From Halobacteriovorax sp. (GTDB taxonomy: Bacteria > Bdellovibrionota > Bacteriovoracia > Bacteriovoracales > Bacteriovoracaceae): a stretch of DNA of 64,000 nt. The notes under the pieces were generated by a model. The model searched no databases and was not told the DNA's origin. It saw only the letters and a list, made by a program, of their open reading frames with translations. This document shows, piece after piece, positions 36,940 to 46,687 of the stretch; position 1 is the stretch's first letter; each line of letters begins with the position of its first letter. The DNA is taken from the NCBI RefSeq assembly GCF_041587335.1, contig NZ_JBFGYP010000002.1, forward strand, positions 3,928 to 67,927, written 5' to 3'. The position numbers were made by a program, and so were the translations under genes.

Positions 36940-37710
36940 ATGCTAATTCTTGGAATTGATTTAGAAGGAATGAATGAAAACCTTGTTGAGAATGGGGTTA
37001 ATTTAGCGAAAGATAGAGTTACTGAAATTGGTGCTGTTCTTTGGGATACTGAATTTAATCAACCTATTCAAATCTATTCAGAGTTAATTCACGAAGAAGA
37101 TAGAATACCAATCTCTGATGAAATTGAAGAGTTAACTGGTATTAACGACATCATGTTAATTAAATATGGTCTAAAGGGCGAAGAAATAAAAATGGGATTA
37201 GAAAGACTTTCATTAATAATGAAAAAGTCTGATTTCATTATGGCACATAATGGACCTAACTACGATATCCCTATGCTTAGAGCACTATTTGAAAGATTTA
37301 GAGTTCCATTCCCAGAAATGAAATGGATCGACTCTAAGACTGATATTGAGTTCCCAAAGAGAATCATAGCAAACTCACTCTCAGCACTCGAGCATGCACA
37401 TGGTTTTATAAATCCATTTCCACATAGAGCAGTTACTGACGTTCTATCGATGCTAAAAGTTGCAGCTCATTATGACTTTGATAGAATTGCAGCTCTTGCG
37501 AGTTCTCCAAAAGTTAAAGTCGTTGCAGACCTACAAGCTCCAAACTGGAAAAATCAAAGAGATGTAGATGAGTTCAATAAGATAAAAAGTAAAGTTTCAA
37601 GAGCACGCTTCTCATGGAATCCTTCAAACAAGAAATGGTCAAAAAGTGTTCATAGAATACTTATTGAAGAAGGAAAGCTTGGCTATGACTTTGATTGGTA
37701 TGTTGAATAA
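36940..37710 (+). CDS. DEDDh 3'-5' exonuclease (DnaQ-like fold)
   Basis: ExoI LGIDLEG, ExoII HNGPNYDIPML, ExoIII HRAVTDV. Confidence 0.8.
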   Translation: MLILGIDLEGMNENLVENGVNLAKDRVTEIGAVLWDTEFNQPIQIYSELIHEEDRIPISDEIEELTGINDIMLIKYGLKGEEIKMGLERLSLIMKKSDFIMAHNGPNYDIPMLRALFERFRVPFPEMKWIDSKTDIEFPKRIIANSLSALEHAHGFINPFPHRAVTDVLSMLKVAAHYDFDRIAALASSPKVKVVADLQAPNWKNQRDVDEFNKIKSKVSRARFSWNPSNKKWSKSVHRILIEEGKLGYDFDWYVE

Positions 37711-37712
37711 GA

Positions 37713-38165
37713 ATGCATAGATATGCACCCAAGCGTAGCTTTCCTAGCTACGCTTTTACTCCGGGAAAAAATAAACATCCAAATAAAGAAGGCGGCCACA
37801 GCTTTGGTCTTGATGAAATAACATCCGACAAACTCTCTCTAAGCAATACTGACTACCTCTTTGCCATTGATCTCATTAATTATGAATACTACTGGGAAGC
37901 CCATGTCTACCTTGAAGCTATTTGGAATGCTCACAATAGAAAAGGTCCTGAAGCAGACTTCTGTAAGGGCCTAATAAAAATGAGTGCTGGTGCTCTAAAG
38001 TATAGGCTTAATTCAATCCCATCATTTGAAGGTCACCTTGATAGGGCCATAGAGCTTTTCGAATCACTTGTGGGCACTGAGATAGACTCAGGAGTTCAAC
38101 CGGGTAGTTTAATTTTGATATGTGAAAAATGGAAGAATGAAGAGTTTGTTCAAATAGAAATCTAG
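37713..38165 (+). CDS. DUF309-domain protein
   Basis: YYWEAHVYLEAIWN core resembles DUF309. 2-nt gap after the exonuclease gene. Confidence 0.65.
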   Translation: MHRYAPKRSFPSYAFTPGKNKHPNKEGGHSFGLDEITSDKLSLSNTDYLFAIDLINYEYYWEAHVYLEAIWNAHNRKGPEADFCKGLIKMSAGALKYRLNSIPSFEGHLDRAIELFESLVGTEIDSGVQPGSLILICEKWKNEEFVQIEI

Positions 38166-38593
38166 TGATCTTTATTTCTCATATGCTCAGCAAAACTAGT
38201 GAAGCTATTCCATAAGTAACCATCAAACTCTTTATTCAGCTTTAGATCGTCCATAGACTTACGCATACAAAGTAGCCACTCCTCTCTTTCAACAGTTGAA
38301 ATCTCAAATGGCAAATGACGTGCTCTCATTCTAGGATGACCGTATTTCTCGATATATAAAGAAGGGCCACCAAACCAACCGGATAGAAACATTTTAAGTT
38401 TTGCTTTAGATGGTTCTAAGCTTTTCCCATGGAGTGCTCTACACTTTTTGGCCTCAGGTAGAGTGTCCATATAAAAGTAAAACTTCTCTACAAGCTTATC
38501 GATCCCCTTTTCTTCACCAACGAGTAAATAAGGAGTAATGTCTTCTTCTTTTAGCTTTTTAGGTAATATATATTGAAAGATTTTCTTAAACAT
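38162..38593 (-). CDS. group 2 truncated haemoglobin (trHbO/YjbI-like)
   Basis: KYGHPRMRARHLPFEISTVEREEWLLCMRKSM matches the proximal-His region of group 2 truncated globins. Confidence 0.8.
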   Translation of the reverse strand: MFKKIFQYILPKKLKEEDITPYLLVGEEKGIDKLVEKFYFYMDTLPEAKKCRALHGKSLEPSKAKLKMFLSGWFGGPSLYIEKYGHPRMRARHLPFEISTVEREEWLLCMRKSMDDLKLNKEFDGYLWNSFTSFAEHMRNKDH

Positions 38594-38639
38594 ATTCCCC
38601 TTCTATCACAATGCATGAATATTAGCTATAATTAGCGCC

Positions 38640-39773
38640 ATGATCTTATTAATATTAGTATCCATTTTACAAATATTCTTCATGCTTTATATGGCCCTTC
38701 AATGGAGCATAGGAGAAAAAACAAAGAGCATAGAGCAAGACTATAGCTCTGTGATACCAAAAGAATGTTCATACCATTACAAGAAATTTTCTATAGAAGA
38801 TATTGATACTAAAGAAATCAATCGAAATATAACAAAATTGAAGATAGATCATATTTACTTTATACATGGAACTTTTGTTGGAGATGACCCCTTTGATATA
38901 CTTTCATTTCTAGAAAGGGCCTTCCCTAGTTTAGCTGGAAATATAATAGATAAACTGAGAGCACAAATAAAAACTGGAAACAATCTCTTTGCTAGAGAGT
39001 TAGGAAACTTTCATCCAAATTTAATCAAGAGACTGAAAGAAATTTGTCCAAAAGAGACACGTTTTGAAAACTTCACATGGTCATCGTCTAACCACCATAT
39101 AGCAAGACTACGCGGCAGTTTAAACTTAATGAAGTCTATACATATGAATACTTCTCAAGATGAGCGCATACTCCTCTATGGCCACTCCCATGCAGGTCAA
39201 CTATTTACACTTTTAAGTCAGCTACTAAGTAAAAGTATAGTCTCTTCACAGTTAAAAGAAATTTTACTAAAGAATGATATCTCTAATGAAGAACTTGAAG
39301 GACTCATAGCGAGCTGTAAAAAAAGAAAGTTTGATTTTGTCACCCTTGGAACACCTGTTCGCTACACTTGGAATAATAAATCTTTTTCTAACTCTACTCT
39401 ACTACACTTTATTAACCACAGGGGTAGTACTCCCATGGGAGGAGGGCTAACGAGCTCTATCTCAACTAAGAATGGTGATTACATACAACAGTGGGCAGTC
39501 GCTGGGAGTGATTCTAAAAGCCCAGTAAAAGAAGATCAAAAGCTTAACGAAGAACTTGATTTAATACTTGGTATAGGACGTGATTCAACAATGCTAAGAA
39601 GAAATATAAAATTTAGAAAGAGACTACATAAGTACGGAGAGCATATATTAGTAGATTTTGGTGATAACTCAAGGGTTCCAAATTCATTTCTCACTGTCTT
39701 TGGACACGGTATTTATACCAAAAAAGATCCTATGCTTTGGATCATCCATCAATCTTTAAGAAAGATAAAATAA
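38640..39773 (+). CDS. hypothetical membrane-anchored protein with lipase-like GHSxG motif
   Basis: N-terminal TM. LLYGHSHAGQLF nucleophile-elbow-like motif. No family recognised. Confidence 0.5.
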   Translation: MILLILVSILQIFFMLYMALQWSIGEKTKSIEQDYSSVIPKECSYHYKKFSIEDIDTKEINRNITKLKIDHIYFIHGTFVGDDPFDILSFLERAFPSLAGNIIDKLRAQIKTGNNLFARELGNFHPNLIKRLKEICPKETRFENFTWSSSNHHIARLRGSLNLMKSIHMNTSQDERILLYGHSHAGQLFTLLSQLLSKSIVSSQLKEILLKNDISNEELEGLIASCKKRKFDFVTLGTPVRYTWNNKSFSNSTLLHFINHRGSTPMGGGLTSSISTKNGDYIQQWAVAGSDSKSPVKEDQKLNEELDLILGIGRDSTMLRRNIKFRKRLHKYGEHILVDFGDNSRVPNSFLTVFGHGIYTKKDPMLWIIHQSLRKIK

Positions 39774-39776
39774 AAA

Positions 39777-39797
39777 AGGGAGGCCAAAGACCTCCCT
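39777..39797. terminator. bidirectional hairpin between convergent genes
   Basis: agggagg-ccaaaga-cctccct: GC-rich 7-bp stem, flanked by an A-run upstream and a T-rich stretch downstream. Confidence 0.55.
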
Positions 39798-39823
39798 CAT
39801 TATTTGCAGTTATTTAAATGAAA

Positions 39824-41098
39824 CTAGTTTCTTTCATTAGTTAGCATTCTAAACGCGTCTACTCTACCAGCAGCAGAATACTTAGTTAGAGAGCTATTAA
39901 GAACTGTAGACTCCATTAATCTTTCTTTAGCTTCTGTAATTGAAATTCCTGGCTCATTAGCAAGTAATAGACCTAGAACTCCAGAAACAAATGGTGTTGC
40001 CATTGATGTACCAGACATTTTCTTATAACCACCATTTTTTACAGTAGATAAGATATTTGAACCTGGAGCAAATACATGAACACTAGTTTTTCCGTAGTTA
40101 GAAAAGCTAGATCTATTCCCTTTACCGTCCATTGCACCAACAGTAACAATTCCATCAACCTTGTAGTTCGCTGGGTAAGTTGGTCTTGCATCGTTATCAG
40201 CTCTAGAGTTTCCTGCAGCAGCTACAAACATTGTACCAGCATCTTGAGCAGCTTGAATAGCTTCTTTTAAAGCTTCAGATCTTTCTCCTCCACCCCAAGA
40301 GTTAGAAGTTATATGTGCACCCATCTTAGTAGCATACTCTACAGACTTGATTGCACCAATTGTTTCACCCGAACCACTATCAGTTAGAAATTTAATTCCC
40401 ATTAGTTTTACGTTGGCCATTACACCTTTAACACCAATTGAGTTATGTGAAGCACCAATTACACCTGCACAGTGAGTACCGTGAGAGTGACCATCTGTTG
40501 GATTACCGTCATTGTTTGCAAAGTCATATCCGTAGATATCATCAACAAATCCGTTTCCATCATCATCAACACCTTCGATACCATTTAACTCAGCATCGTT
40601 CGTCCACATCTGATCTTTAAGGTCAGGGTGAGTAAAGTCGATACCAGTATCAATTACTGCAACAACTATATCTTTACTACCTTTAGTAATGTCCCATGCT
40701 TTTTCAGCATTAACATCTTCACCGGCCTTCCCTCTTGAGAACCAACCACCAGAGTTTTTACCATCATTTACTAGTCCCCACTGTTGGGAGAACTTAGGGT
40801 CTAAGATTTCTTTATTAGTATCTACTGGGTCAACTTTAATAATCCAGTTAGGCTCAACATATTCAATCTCAGGGTTATTCATTAACTCTGAAATAGCTTT
40901 GTTAGATAAATCAACATTTGATAGTTTTGCAAAATCTCCAAAAGAGAGATTTAACTTTTCAAAATCACCAATTGATTTAAAAGCTTTTTGCTCAAGTAAC
41001 TTGGAACCTTTTTTGAACTTTACTATGTACCCGTTAAAATCTTGAGCAACAGTATTTACTGAAAGTGCAAGAGCGCACGATAAGATTAATTTTTTCAT
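39824..41098 (-). CDS. secreted subtilisin-family (S8) serine protease
   Basis: Signal peptide. Catalytic triad blocks VAVIDTGID, HGTHCAG, SGTSMATP. N-terminal inhibitor_I9-like propeptide. Confidence 0.9.
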   Translation of the reverse strand: MKKLILSCALALSVNTVAQDFNGYIVKFKKGSKLLEQKAFKSIGDFEKLNLSFGDFAKLSNVDLSNKAISELMNNPEIEYVEPNWIIKVDPVDTNKEILDPKFSQQWGLVNDGKNSGGWFSRGKAGEDVNAEKAWDITKGSKDIVVAVIDTGIDFTHPDLKDQMWTNDAELNGIEGVDDDGNGFVDDIYGYDFANNDGNPTDGHSHGTHCAGVIGASHNSIGVKGVMANVKLMGIKFLTDSGSGETIGAIKSVEYATKMGAHITSNSWGGGERSEALKEAIQAAQDAGTMFVAAAGNSRADNDARPTYPANYKVDGIVTVGAMDGKGNRSSFSNYGKTSVHVFAPGSNILSTVKNGGYKKMSGTSMATPFVSGVLGLLLANEPGISITEAKERLMESTVLNSSLTKYSAAGRVDAFRMLTNERN

Positions 41099-41213
41099 AA
41101 CATCATCCTTGATAGTTAAATAATTTCCGTATTAATACTTTTTCAGACACAAAATCATCTGACAAGGCAAAAAAAAGGCTGTAAGATTTTGTCATCTTTA
41201 ATAAGGGAATATA

Positions 41214-41909
41214 ATGAACGCTGAAACTGCGCCAAAAAAGAAACAAGAAAACTCATTTTTAAATATTGCTTTAAACGTAATTATACCATCAGTTATTCTT
41301 ACAAAATTTAGCTCTGATGAACATTTAGGACAAGTATATAGTTTAGTACTCGCACTTAGTTTCCCTATTGGTTATGGGGCTTACGACTACTTCAAGCAGA
41401 AAAAAGTGAACTTCTTTTCAGCTCTAGGCTTGTTCTCAGTCATCATGACAGGCGGTATAGGTTTATTCAATTTAAATAGAGATTGGATGGTTGCAAAAGA
41501 AACTCTAATTCCATTTTTTATGGGTATTGCTGTCATCATAAGTCAGTATACGAGTAAGCCTCTTGTGAAAACTTTTTTAGGTCAGATGATTGATATTGAG
41601 TTAATTGATAAATCTTTTGCAGATCATGGTCATACAGGTCTATTTGAAAAGAATCTAAAGATTGCCTCACTTTGTCTAGGAGGGACCTTCTTTGTTTCTG
41701 CAGTTTTAAATTATATACTGGCAATTAAAATACTAGTTGGAGAACCAGGAACTGTAGAATTTAATGAAAGCCTTGGGAAGATGACTGCATTGAGCTTTCC
41801 AGTGATTTCTGTGCCAATGGTAATAATGGTTGGGTTAATAATTGCTTATCTAGTGATGACAATTAAAAAAAATACAGACTTAGAAATAGAATCGATTTTA
41901 AAACAATAG
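41214..41909 (+). CDS. multi-pass inner-membrane protein, hypothetical
   Basis: About 6 hydrophobic helices. 6-nt gap to the next gene. Confidence 0.6.
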   Translation: MNAETAPKKKQENSFLNIALNVIIPSVILTKFSSDEHLGQVYSLVLALSFPIGYGAYDYFKQKKVNFFSALGLFSVIMTGGIGLFNLNRDWMVAKETLIPFFMGIAVIISQYTSKPLVKTFLGQMIDIELIDKSFADHGHTGLFEKNLKIASLCLGGTFFVSAVLNYILAIKILVGEPGTVEFNESLGKMTALSFPVISVPMVIMVGLIIAYLVMTIKKNTDLEIESILKQ

Positions 41910-41915
41910 GAAATT

Positions 41916-42953
41916 ATGAAGTTTAAAAAGCTTGGAAGTACTGAAATAGATATTAGTCTAATATGCATGGGGACAATGACCTATGGTGAACAGAATACTG
42001 ATTCTCAAGCTTTTGAAATGCTAAACTATGCATTCGATCAAGGCGTAAATTTTTATGACACTGCTGAGATGTATCCTATTCCACCAAAACCAAGAACTGT
42101 TCACAAGACTGAAGAAATTCTAGGAAGGTGGGAGTTATTTCAAAAGCAAAGAGATAAAATTATTATGGCCTCTAAGGTTGTTGGTCCCGGTGAGTTTGTA
42201 AAACATATAAGAAATGGTCCTAGATTAAAGAAAGAACATATTATTGCAGCACTTGAAGGATCATTAAGTCGCTTAAGAACAGACTATATTGACTTGTATC
42301 AACTGCATTGGCCTGATAGAAATACAAACTTCTTTGGTAAAAAAGAATATACTCATGACTCTTTAGAAGACATTGTTCCTCTTGAAGAGATTCTTGAAGC
42401 CCTTACAGAACTAAAGAAAAGCGGAAAGATTAGAGAAATTGGTGTTTCAAATGAAACTTCGTGGGGAGTGATGAAGTACCTTTCGCTAAGTGAACAACAA
42501 GGCTTTGCTAGAATGCAAAGTATTCAAAACCCTTACAATCTTTTGAATAGAACATATGAAGTAAATTTAGCAGAAGTAGCTCATAGAGAAAATGTTGGTC
42601 TACTCGCCTACTCACCACTAGGTTTTGGTGTTCTCTCAGGTAAGTATCTAAATGGACAGATGCCTGAAGGTGCAAGGATAACAAAATGGCCTCACTATAG
42701 TAGGTATTCAAATGTTCAAGCTGTTGAAGCTACAAAGATGTATGCAAAAATAGCTAAAGACCTTGGTATATCTCTAGCAACCTTAGCGCTATCTTTTGTA
42801 AACTCAAGATCATTTTTATCTTCTAATATAATTGGTGCAACTAATATGGAACAATTAAAAGAGAATATTGATTCTATTAACTACGAGTTAAGTACAGAAG
42901 CACTTGATCAAATAAATCAAGTACATCAAATTTACTCAAACCCTGCACCATAA
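41916..42953 (+). CDS. tas: aldo/keto reductase, Tas-like
   Basis: LGTEIDISLICMGTMTYGEQN, NFYDTAEMYPIPPKP, LYQLHWPDR resemble E. coli Tas. Confidence 0.85.
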   Translation: MKFKKLGSTEIDISLICMGTMTYGEQNTDSQAFEMLNYAFDQGVNFYDTAEMYPIPPKPRTVHKTEEILGRWELFQKQRDKIIMASKVVGPGEFVKHIRNGPRLKKEHIIAALEGSLSRLRTDYIDLYQLHWPDRNTNFFGKKEYTHDSLEDIVPLEEILEALTELKKSGKIREIGVSNETSWGVMKYLSLSEQQGFARMQSIQNPYNLLNRTYEVNLAEVAHRENVGLLAYSPLGFGVLSGKYLNGQMPEGARITKWPHYSRYSNVQAVEATKMYAKIAKDLGISLATLALSFVNSRSFLSSNIIGATNMEQLKENIDSINYELSTEALDQINQVHQIYSNPAP

Positions 42954-42972
42954 CAGGAGATAGAATTGCCTA

Positions 42973-43006
42973 GTATTATTAAAATCTATTAAACGATTAA
43001 TAATAC
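42973..43006 (+). terminator. weak AT-rich hairpin downstream of the aldo/keto reductase gene
   Basis: gtattattaa-(14 nt)-ttaataatac: 10-bp all-AT/GC-poor stem, with a T-rich tract further downstream. Low stability. Confidence 0.25.
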
Positions 43007-43099
43007 CCGATAGGTTATTTAATATTTATTTATTTTTTGGATAATTTCCGAAAAATAAACTAAAATAAGTTTATTGTATGCGTAACAAGGATAGTACAC

Positions 43100-43720
43100 A
43101 TGTCAATGATTGAAAGATTTTTTAAAGATTCAAAAAAGAATACTGAAGTTGAATCATCTCCGGTTTCTCTTGCTACTTATTTTCACGAGTTAGAAGGTAG
43201 TCCAGATTTTCCGTACACTCTAGCACTTAAGGCCTATGATAACTTAAAGGCCTCAGCAAATGGACAAGAAGAGTTATTCTATTTCCTTATGGAAGATTGT
43301 ATCTTTACTTCGCTCTATGCAACTTTCTACGAAGAATTATTAATCACAATAAAGAAAAATAATGATGTAGCAATTCCACTGATTGACAGATTTGCAGATG
43401 ACTCAGAAGATAGAGAGAGAATGATTGCTGAGCAAACACAGTATCATTTAAGCTTTATTGAAAATAAAGGTCTATGCCCAGGTTGTCCTTGTTGTGATAA
43501 CCATCAAGATGTTGCAGAGCTAATTCAGTATTGGCAAAAAGGTGATATAGATTTTTTTACAAATCTTTATATAGGGATGCAGACAATTCAGTTTTCAATG
43601 GAAAACTTAATCTATGACATTATCCCATCAACTAATAATGTCATTACATTATTAAATCACAAGAATATTCTAGAATTTAGACAGTATATATTTGATTACG
43701 CAGAAGAAAAAAGCTTATAA
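43100..43720 (+). CDS. hypothetical protein with Cys cluster
   Basis: 206-aa ORF. CPGCPCCDNH motif. No family recognised. Followed by a perfect 10-bp hairpin. Confidence 0.5.
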   Translation: MSMIERFFKDSKKNTEVESSPVSLATYFHELEGSPDFPYTLALKAYDNLKASANGQEELFYFLMEDCIFTSLYATFYEELLITIKKNNDVAIPLIDRFADDSEDRERMIAEQTQYHLSFIENKGLCPGCPCCDNHQDVAELIQYWQKGDIDFFTNLYIGMQTIQFSMENLIYDIIPSTNNVITLLNHKNILEFRQYIFDYAEEKSL

Positions 43721-43728
43721 AAGATCAA

Positions 43729-43752
43729 GAACCTCTTCATAAGAAGAGGTTC
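43729..43752. terminator. bidirectional hairpin between convergent hypothetical gene and fabH
   Basis: gaacctcttc-ataa-gaagaggttc: perfect 10-bp stem with 4-nt loop. Confidence 0.65.
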
Positions 43753-43761
43753 ACTAATTTC

Positions 43762-44775
43762 TTAGTATCTCCAAAGACTAGAGGCCCAAGTAAAACCACT
43801 TCCAAAAGCGGCACTAGCAACTAACATTCCTTCCTTCAATTTACCTTCTTTAATGGCATCATGCATACCAAGAGGAATCGTAGCAGCAGTCGTATTTCCA
43901 TATTTTTGAATAGTATTAAATATTTTTTCTTCTGGAATGTTTAGAACTTCTGCCACTTTTGAATTTATTCGTAGATTAGCTTGGTGAAATAGGAAGAGAT
44001 CAATATCTTCAATCTTAACACCCATTTCAATACATGATTGAGTTAATGTTTCGGCCATTCTCTTTACGGCATGGACAAAAACAGTTTTTCCATTCATCTC
44101 AGGAAAGTGTAGCCCTTCATCTAAAAGAGCGTGACTAATTCTATCTGCACCAACATCAGTACCAGGAGCAGGAACCCATAACTCTTTTGCAAATGTTCCA
44201 TCTGCATGGAGGTTTGTTGTCATGATGTGAGAATCTTTAGACTTATCTTTTACTTCAGTTCTAGATACAACCACTGCACCGGCTCCATCACCAAATAGAA
44301 CAGACACAGATCGTCCAGCAGGAGTTTTATCAAGCCCTTTAGAGTGGACTTCAGCTCCAACAACAAGTACGTTCTTATGTCCACCAGACTGCACAAATTT
44401 ATCAGCCAAACTTAGACCATATAAAAAACCTGTACACTGCTGTCTAATGTCAAAAACAGTAATGTTAGGAATTCCTAACTTCGTTTGTAGAAAACATCCA
44501 GTTCCAGGGAAGTCGTGATCAGGACTTAGTGTTGCAAATACGATCATATCAATATCTGAAGCCTGTAGACCTGCATCAGCAATAGCAATATTCGAAGCTT
44601 CAAGAGCAAGGTCCGAAGTACAAGTATTCTCATCAACCCAATGTCTTTGCTCTATACCAGTTCTTTGAATTATCCATTCATTAGAAGTATCCATCATTTC
44701 TTCAAGATCACTATTCTTATAAATTTTTGGTGGAACGTAAGAACCAACACCAGTAATTCGACTATTAAATGCCAT
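43762..44775 (-). CDS. fabH: 3-oxoacyl-ACP synthase III
   Basis: Active-site Cys context QQCTGFLYGL, HQANLRI, GNTTAATIP, C-terminal GSGFTWAS. Confidence 0.9.
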   Translation of the reverse strand: MAFNSRITGVGSYVPPKIYKNSDLEEMMDTSNEWIIQRTGIEQRHWVDENTCTSDLALEASNIAIADAGLQASDIDMIVFATLSPDHDFPGTGCFLQTKLGIPNITVFDIRQQCTGFLYGLSLADKFVQSGGHKNVLVVGAEVHSKGLDKTPAGRSVSVLFGDGAGAVVVSRTEVKDKSKDSHIMTTNLHADGTFAKELWVPAPGTDVGADRISHALLDEGLHFPEMNGKTVFVHAVKRMAETLTQSCIEMGVKIEDIDLFLFHQANLRINSKVAEVLNIPEEKIFNTIQKYGNTTAATIPLGMHDAIKEGKLKEGMLVASAAFGSGFTWASSLWRY

Positions 44776-44932
44776 AGCTATTCCTTTTTCTATAAATATC
44801 GGATCATTAAATGATAACAGCTGAATGAATTAGTGCAAATGGAAAGAAATGTAAGAAAAAAATACGATAATTTCTTGGCCATAAGAGAAAGCTTTGTTAG
44901 ACTTAATTTAACCTTTAATCCAAGGATGGATA

Positions 44933-45781
44933 ATGAGTTTAATTAGAATAGCTATTTGCTCGACATTTTTATTTAGTATCAACTCTTTTGCTCTTTTAAA
45001 AGACTACGATTACTACCCTGCTTCTTTAATAGAAAGTATTGAGAGCGGAGAGCTAAATTCTTCTGAAGTTAAAGAAGAGCTTTTTAAAGTATTAAGCTAC
45101 ATTCACATCAAAACAGATAATAAAGATCTCCTTACTGAAAAATGTCAAAAAGATCAGATTTGTTACTCTCAGGTAAGGACAATTTCATATAAGGAAGCCC
45201 GCATTGAGCTTTTTGGAAACTTACATCTAAAGAGAGATTATAGAGGAAGCTATACAGTAAAAGATCTGTACTGCGAAAAAGACTATGGAGAGAATCAAGG
45301 AATTGGCCCAGGTAAAATACCTTCAGCATCAGTGATGAACTGTGAGCACACCTGGCCTCAAAGTAAGTTTAACCCTAACCTAAGTAAATCTCTTCAAAAA
45401 ACAGACCTTCATCACCTATACCCGGTAAACAATAGGGCAAATAGCTCAAGAAGTAATAACATATTTGCAGAGGTTAATGGTCGAGCAATCAATAACAACT
45501 GTACGGCCTCTAGTAGAGGAAATGCAATTGGAACGAATATCACGGCCTTTGAGCCTCCAACAAATCATAAAGGAAATGTAGCGCGAGCAATGTTTTACTT
45601 TTCAGTAAGATTTAAAATGCCAATTGGTGAGTTACAAGAGAACTACTTAAGAAACTGGAATCAAGAAGATCCTGTTGATGAAGAAGAAAGAGTTAGAAAT
45701 CAAAAGATATATGAATTTCAAAATAATAGAAATCCTTTTATTGATCAACCAGACTTGATAAATACTATCCATGACTTTTAA
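44933..45781 (+). CDS. extracellular endonuclease I family nuclease
   Basis: Signal peptide. NCEHTWPQSKF, HHLYPVN, GNVARAMFYF, NRNPFIDQP. Paralogue of 32502-33548. Confidence 0.85.
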   Translation: MSLIRIAICSTFLFSINSFALLKDYDYYPASLIESIESGELNSSEVKEELFKVLSYIHIKTDNKDLLTEKCQKDQICYSQVRTISYKEARIELFGNLHLKRDYRGSYTVKDLYCEKDYGENQGIGPGKIPSASVMNCEHTWPQSKFNPNLSKSLQKTDLHHLYPVNNRANSSRSNNIFAEVNGRAINNNCTASSRGNAIGTNITAFEPPTNHKGNVARAMFYFSVRFKMPIGELQENYLRNWNQEDPVDEEERVRNQKIYEFQNNRNPFIDQPDLINTIHDF

Positions 45782-46259
45782 AAATATTGCCATATTAGTT
45801 TCTGCTTTAGCTCTTACAGCTTGTACTTCCGTAAAAATGAAGGATACTCCAAAGCAATACTCAAAAGAGACAGTCAGAAGCTTTGAAGAAATTGAACGAG
45901 AGAATGCCTTAGAGAGATATAGACAGCTTCGACTCCAAAACTGGGAAAGAACAAAGAAGGGAAAGGTTTCTAACACTAGACCTAGACGCTACTACTCTCC
46001 TAGCAAACCGAGAAAGAAGACTGCACCTAAAAAAATTGTAGCTCCAAAGAAGATAATTATTCCTACAAACCCAGAAGAGCAAAAGATTGAAGTAGATCAA
46101 AATATTAAATTCTTCTGTATGGAAAAAAGAAAAGACCCGAGATTTAAAAGCTCAATGAGCTGTGAGTCTTATACTGCGAATATACTTAGTGCTTGTGAAG
46201 ATTCTTACCAATGGAATGATAAGAAGCTTACAAACTGTGTAAAATCTAAATTAAAATAG
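45771..46259 (+). CDS. hypothetical lipoprotein, Lys/Pro-rich middle
   Basis: MTFKNIAILVSALALTAC lipobox. 11-nt overlap with the nuclease gene. Four Cys in the C-terminal part. Confidence 0.55.
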   Translation: MTFKNIAILVSALALTACTSVKMKDTPKQYSKETVRSFEEIERENALERYRQLRLQNWERTKKGKVSNTRPRRYYSPSKPRKKTAPKKIVAPKKIIIPTNPEEQKIEVDQNIKFFCMEKRKDPRFKSSMSCESYTANILSACEDSYQWNDKKLTNCVKSKLK

Positions 46260-46277
46260 AGTCACACCTTCAGAGAT

Positions 46278-46430
46278 TTATAGTTTAACTTTTATGTCTT
46301 CGCTTAATACTTCTTCAGGCGCTTGAGTTGACTCAACTTCAATTTCTTCTTCTTTAACAAACCATTGTGGTTTTCTTAGTAATGATTCACCTTCTATTTC
46401 TTCCAGTCTCATTCTTTCTCTTAAGCTCAT
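46278..46430 (-). CDS. possible small acidic protein (50 aa)
   Basis: Hand-read ORF MSLRERMRLEEIEGESLLRKPQWFVKEEEIEVESTQAPEEVLSEDIKVKL, with AAGGAG about 6 nt upstream of the ATG. Below the ORF-track cutoff. Confidence 0.3.
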   Translation of the reverse strand: MSLRERMRLEEIEGESLLRKPQWFVKEEEIEVESTQAPEEVLSEDIKVKL

Positions 46431-46687
46431 AAACACTCCTTGCTAGAACCTTATTCCTTTGAGAGTTCTTTTCGTTCTGTAGAACATAACTCAATCAAAG
46501 ATATTTAGAATATCAGTAGTAATACTTAAAGTCAATGTAAGAACTATTAATACCACTTATACAAAAGTAGTTAACTAATTGAATATACTAATTTTAGCAA
46601 TAAGATATGATCATGTAAGAAAGAATGAGATTCTAGACATTAAAGAAAAATACGCCTAGCTTAAGATTTGGGAGATTAAGGTAAAAA

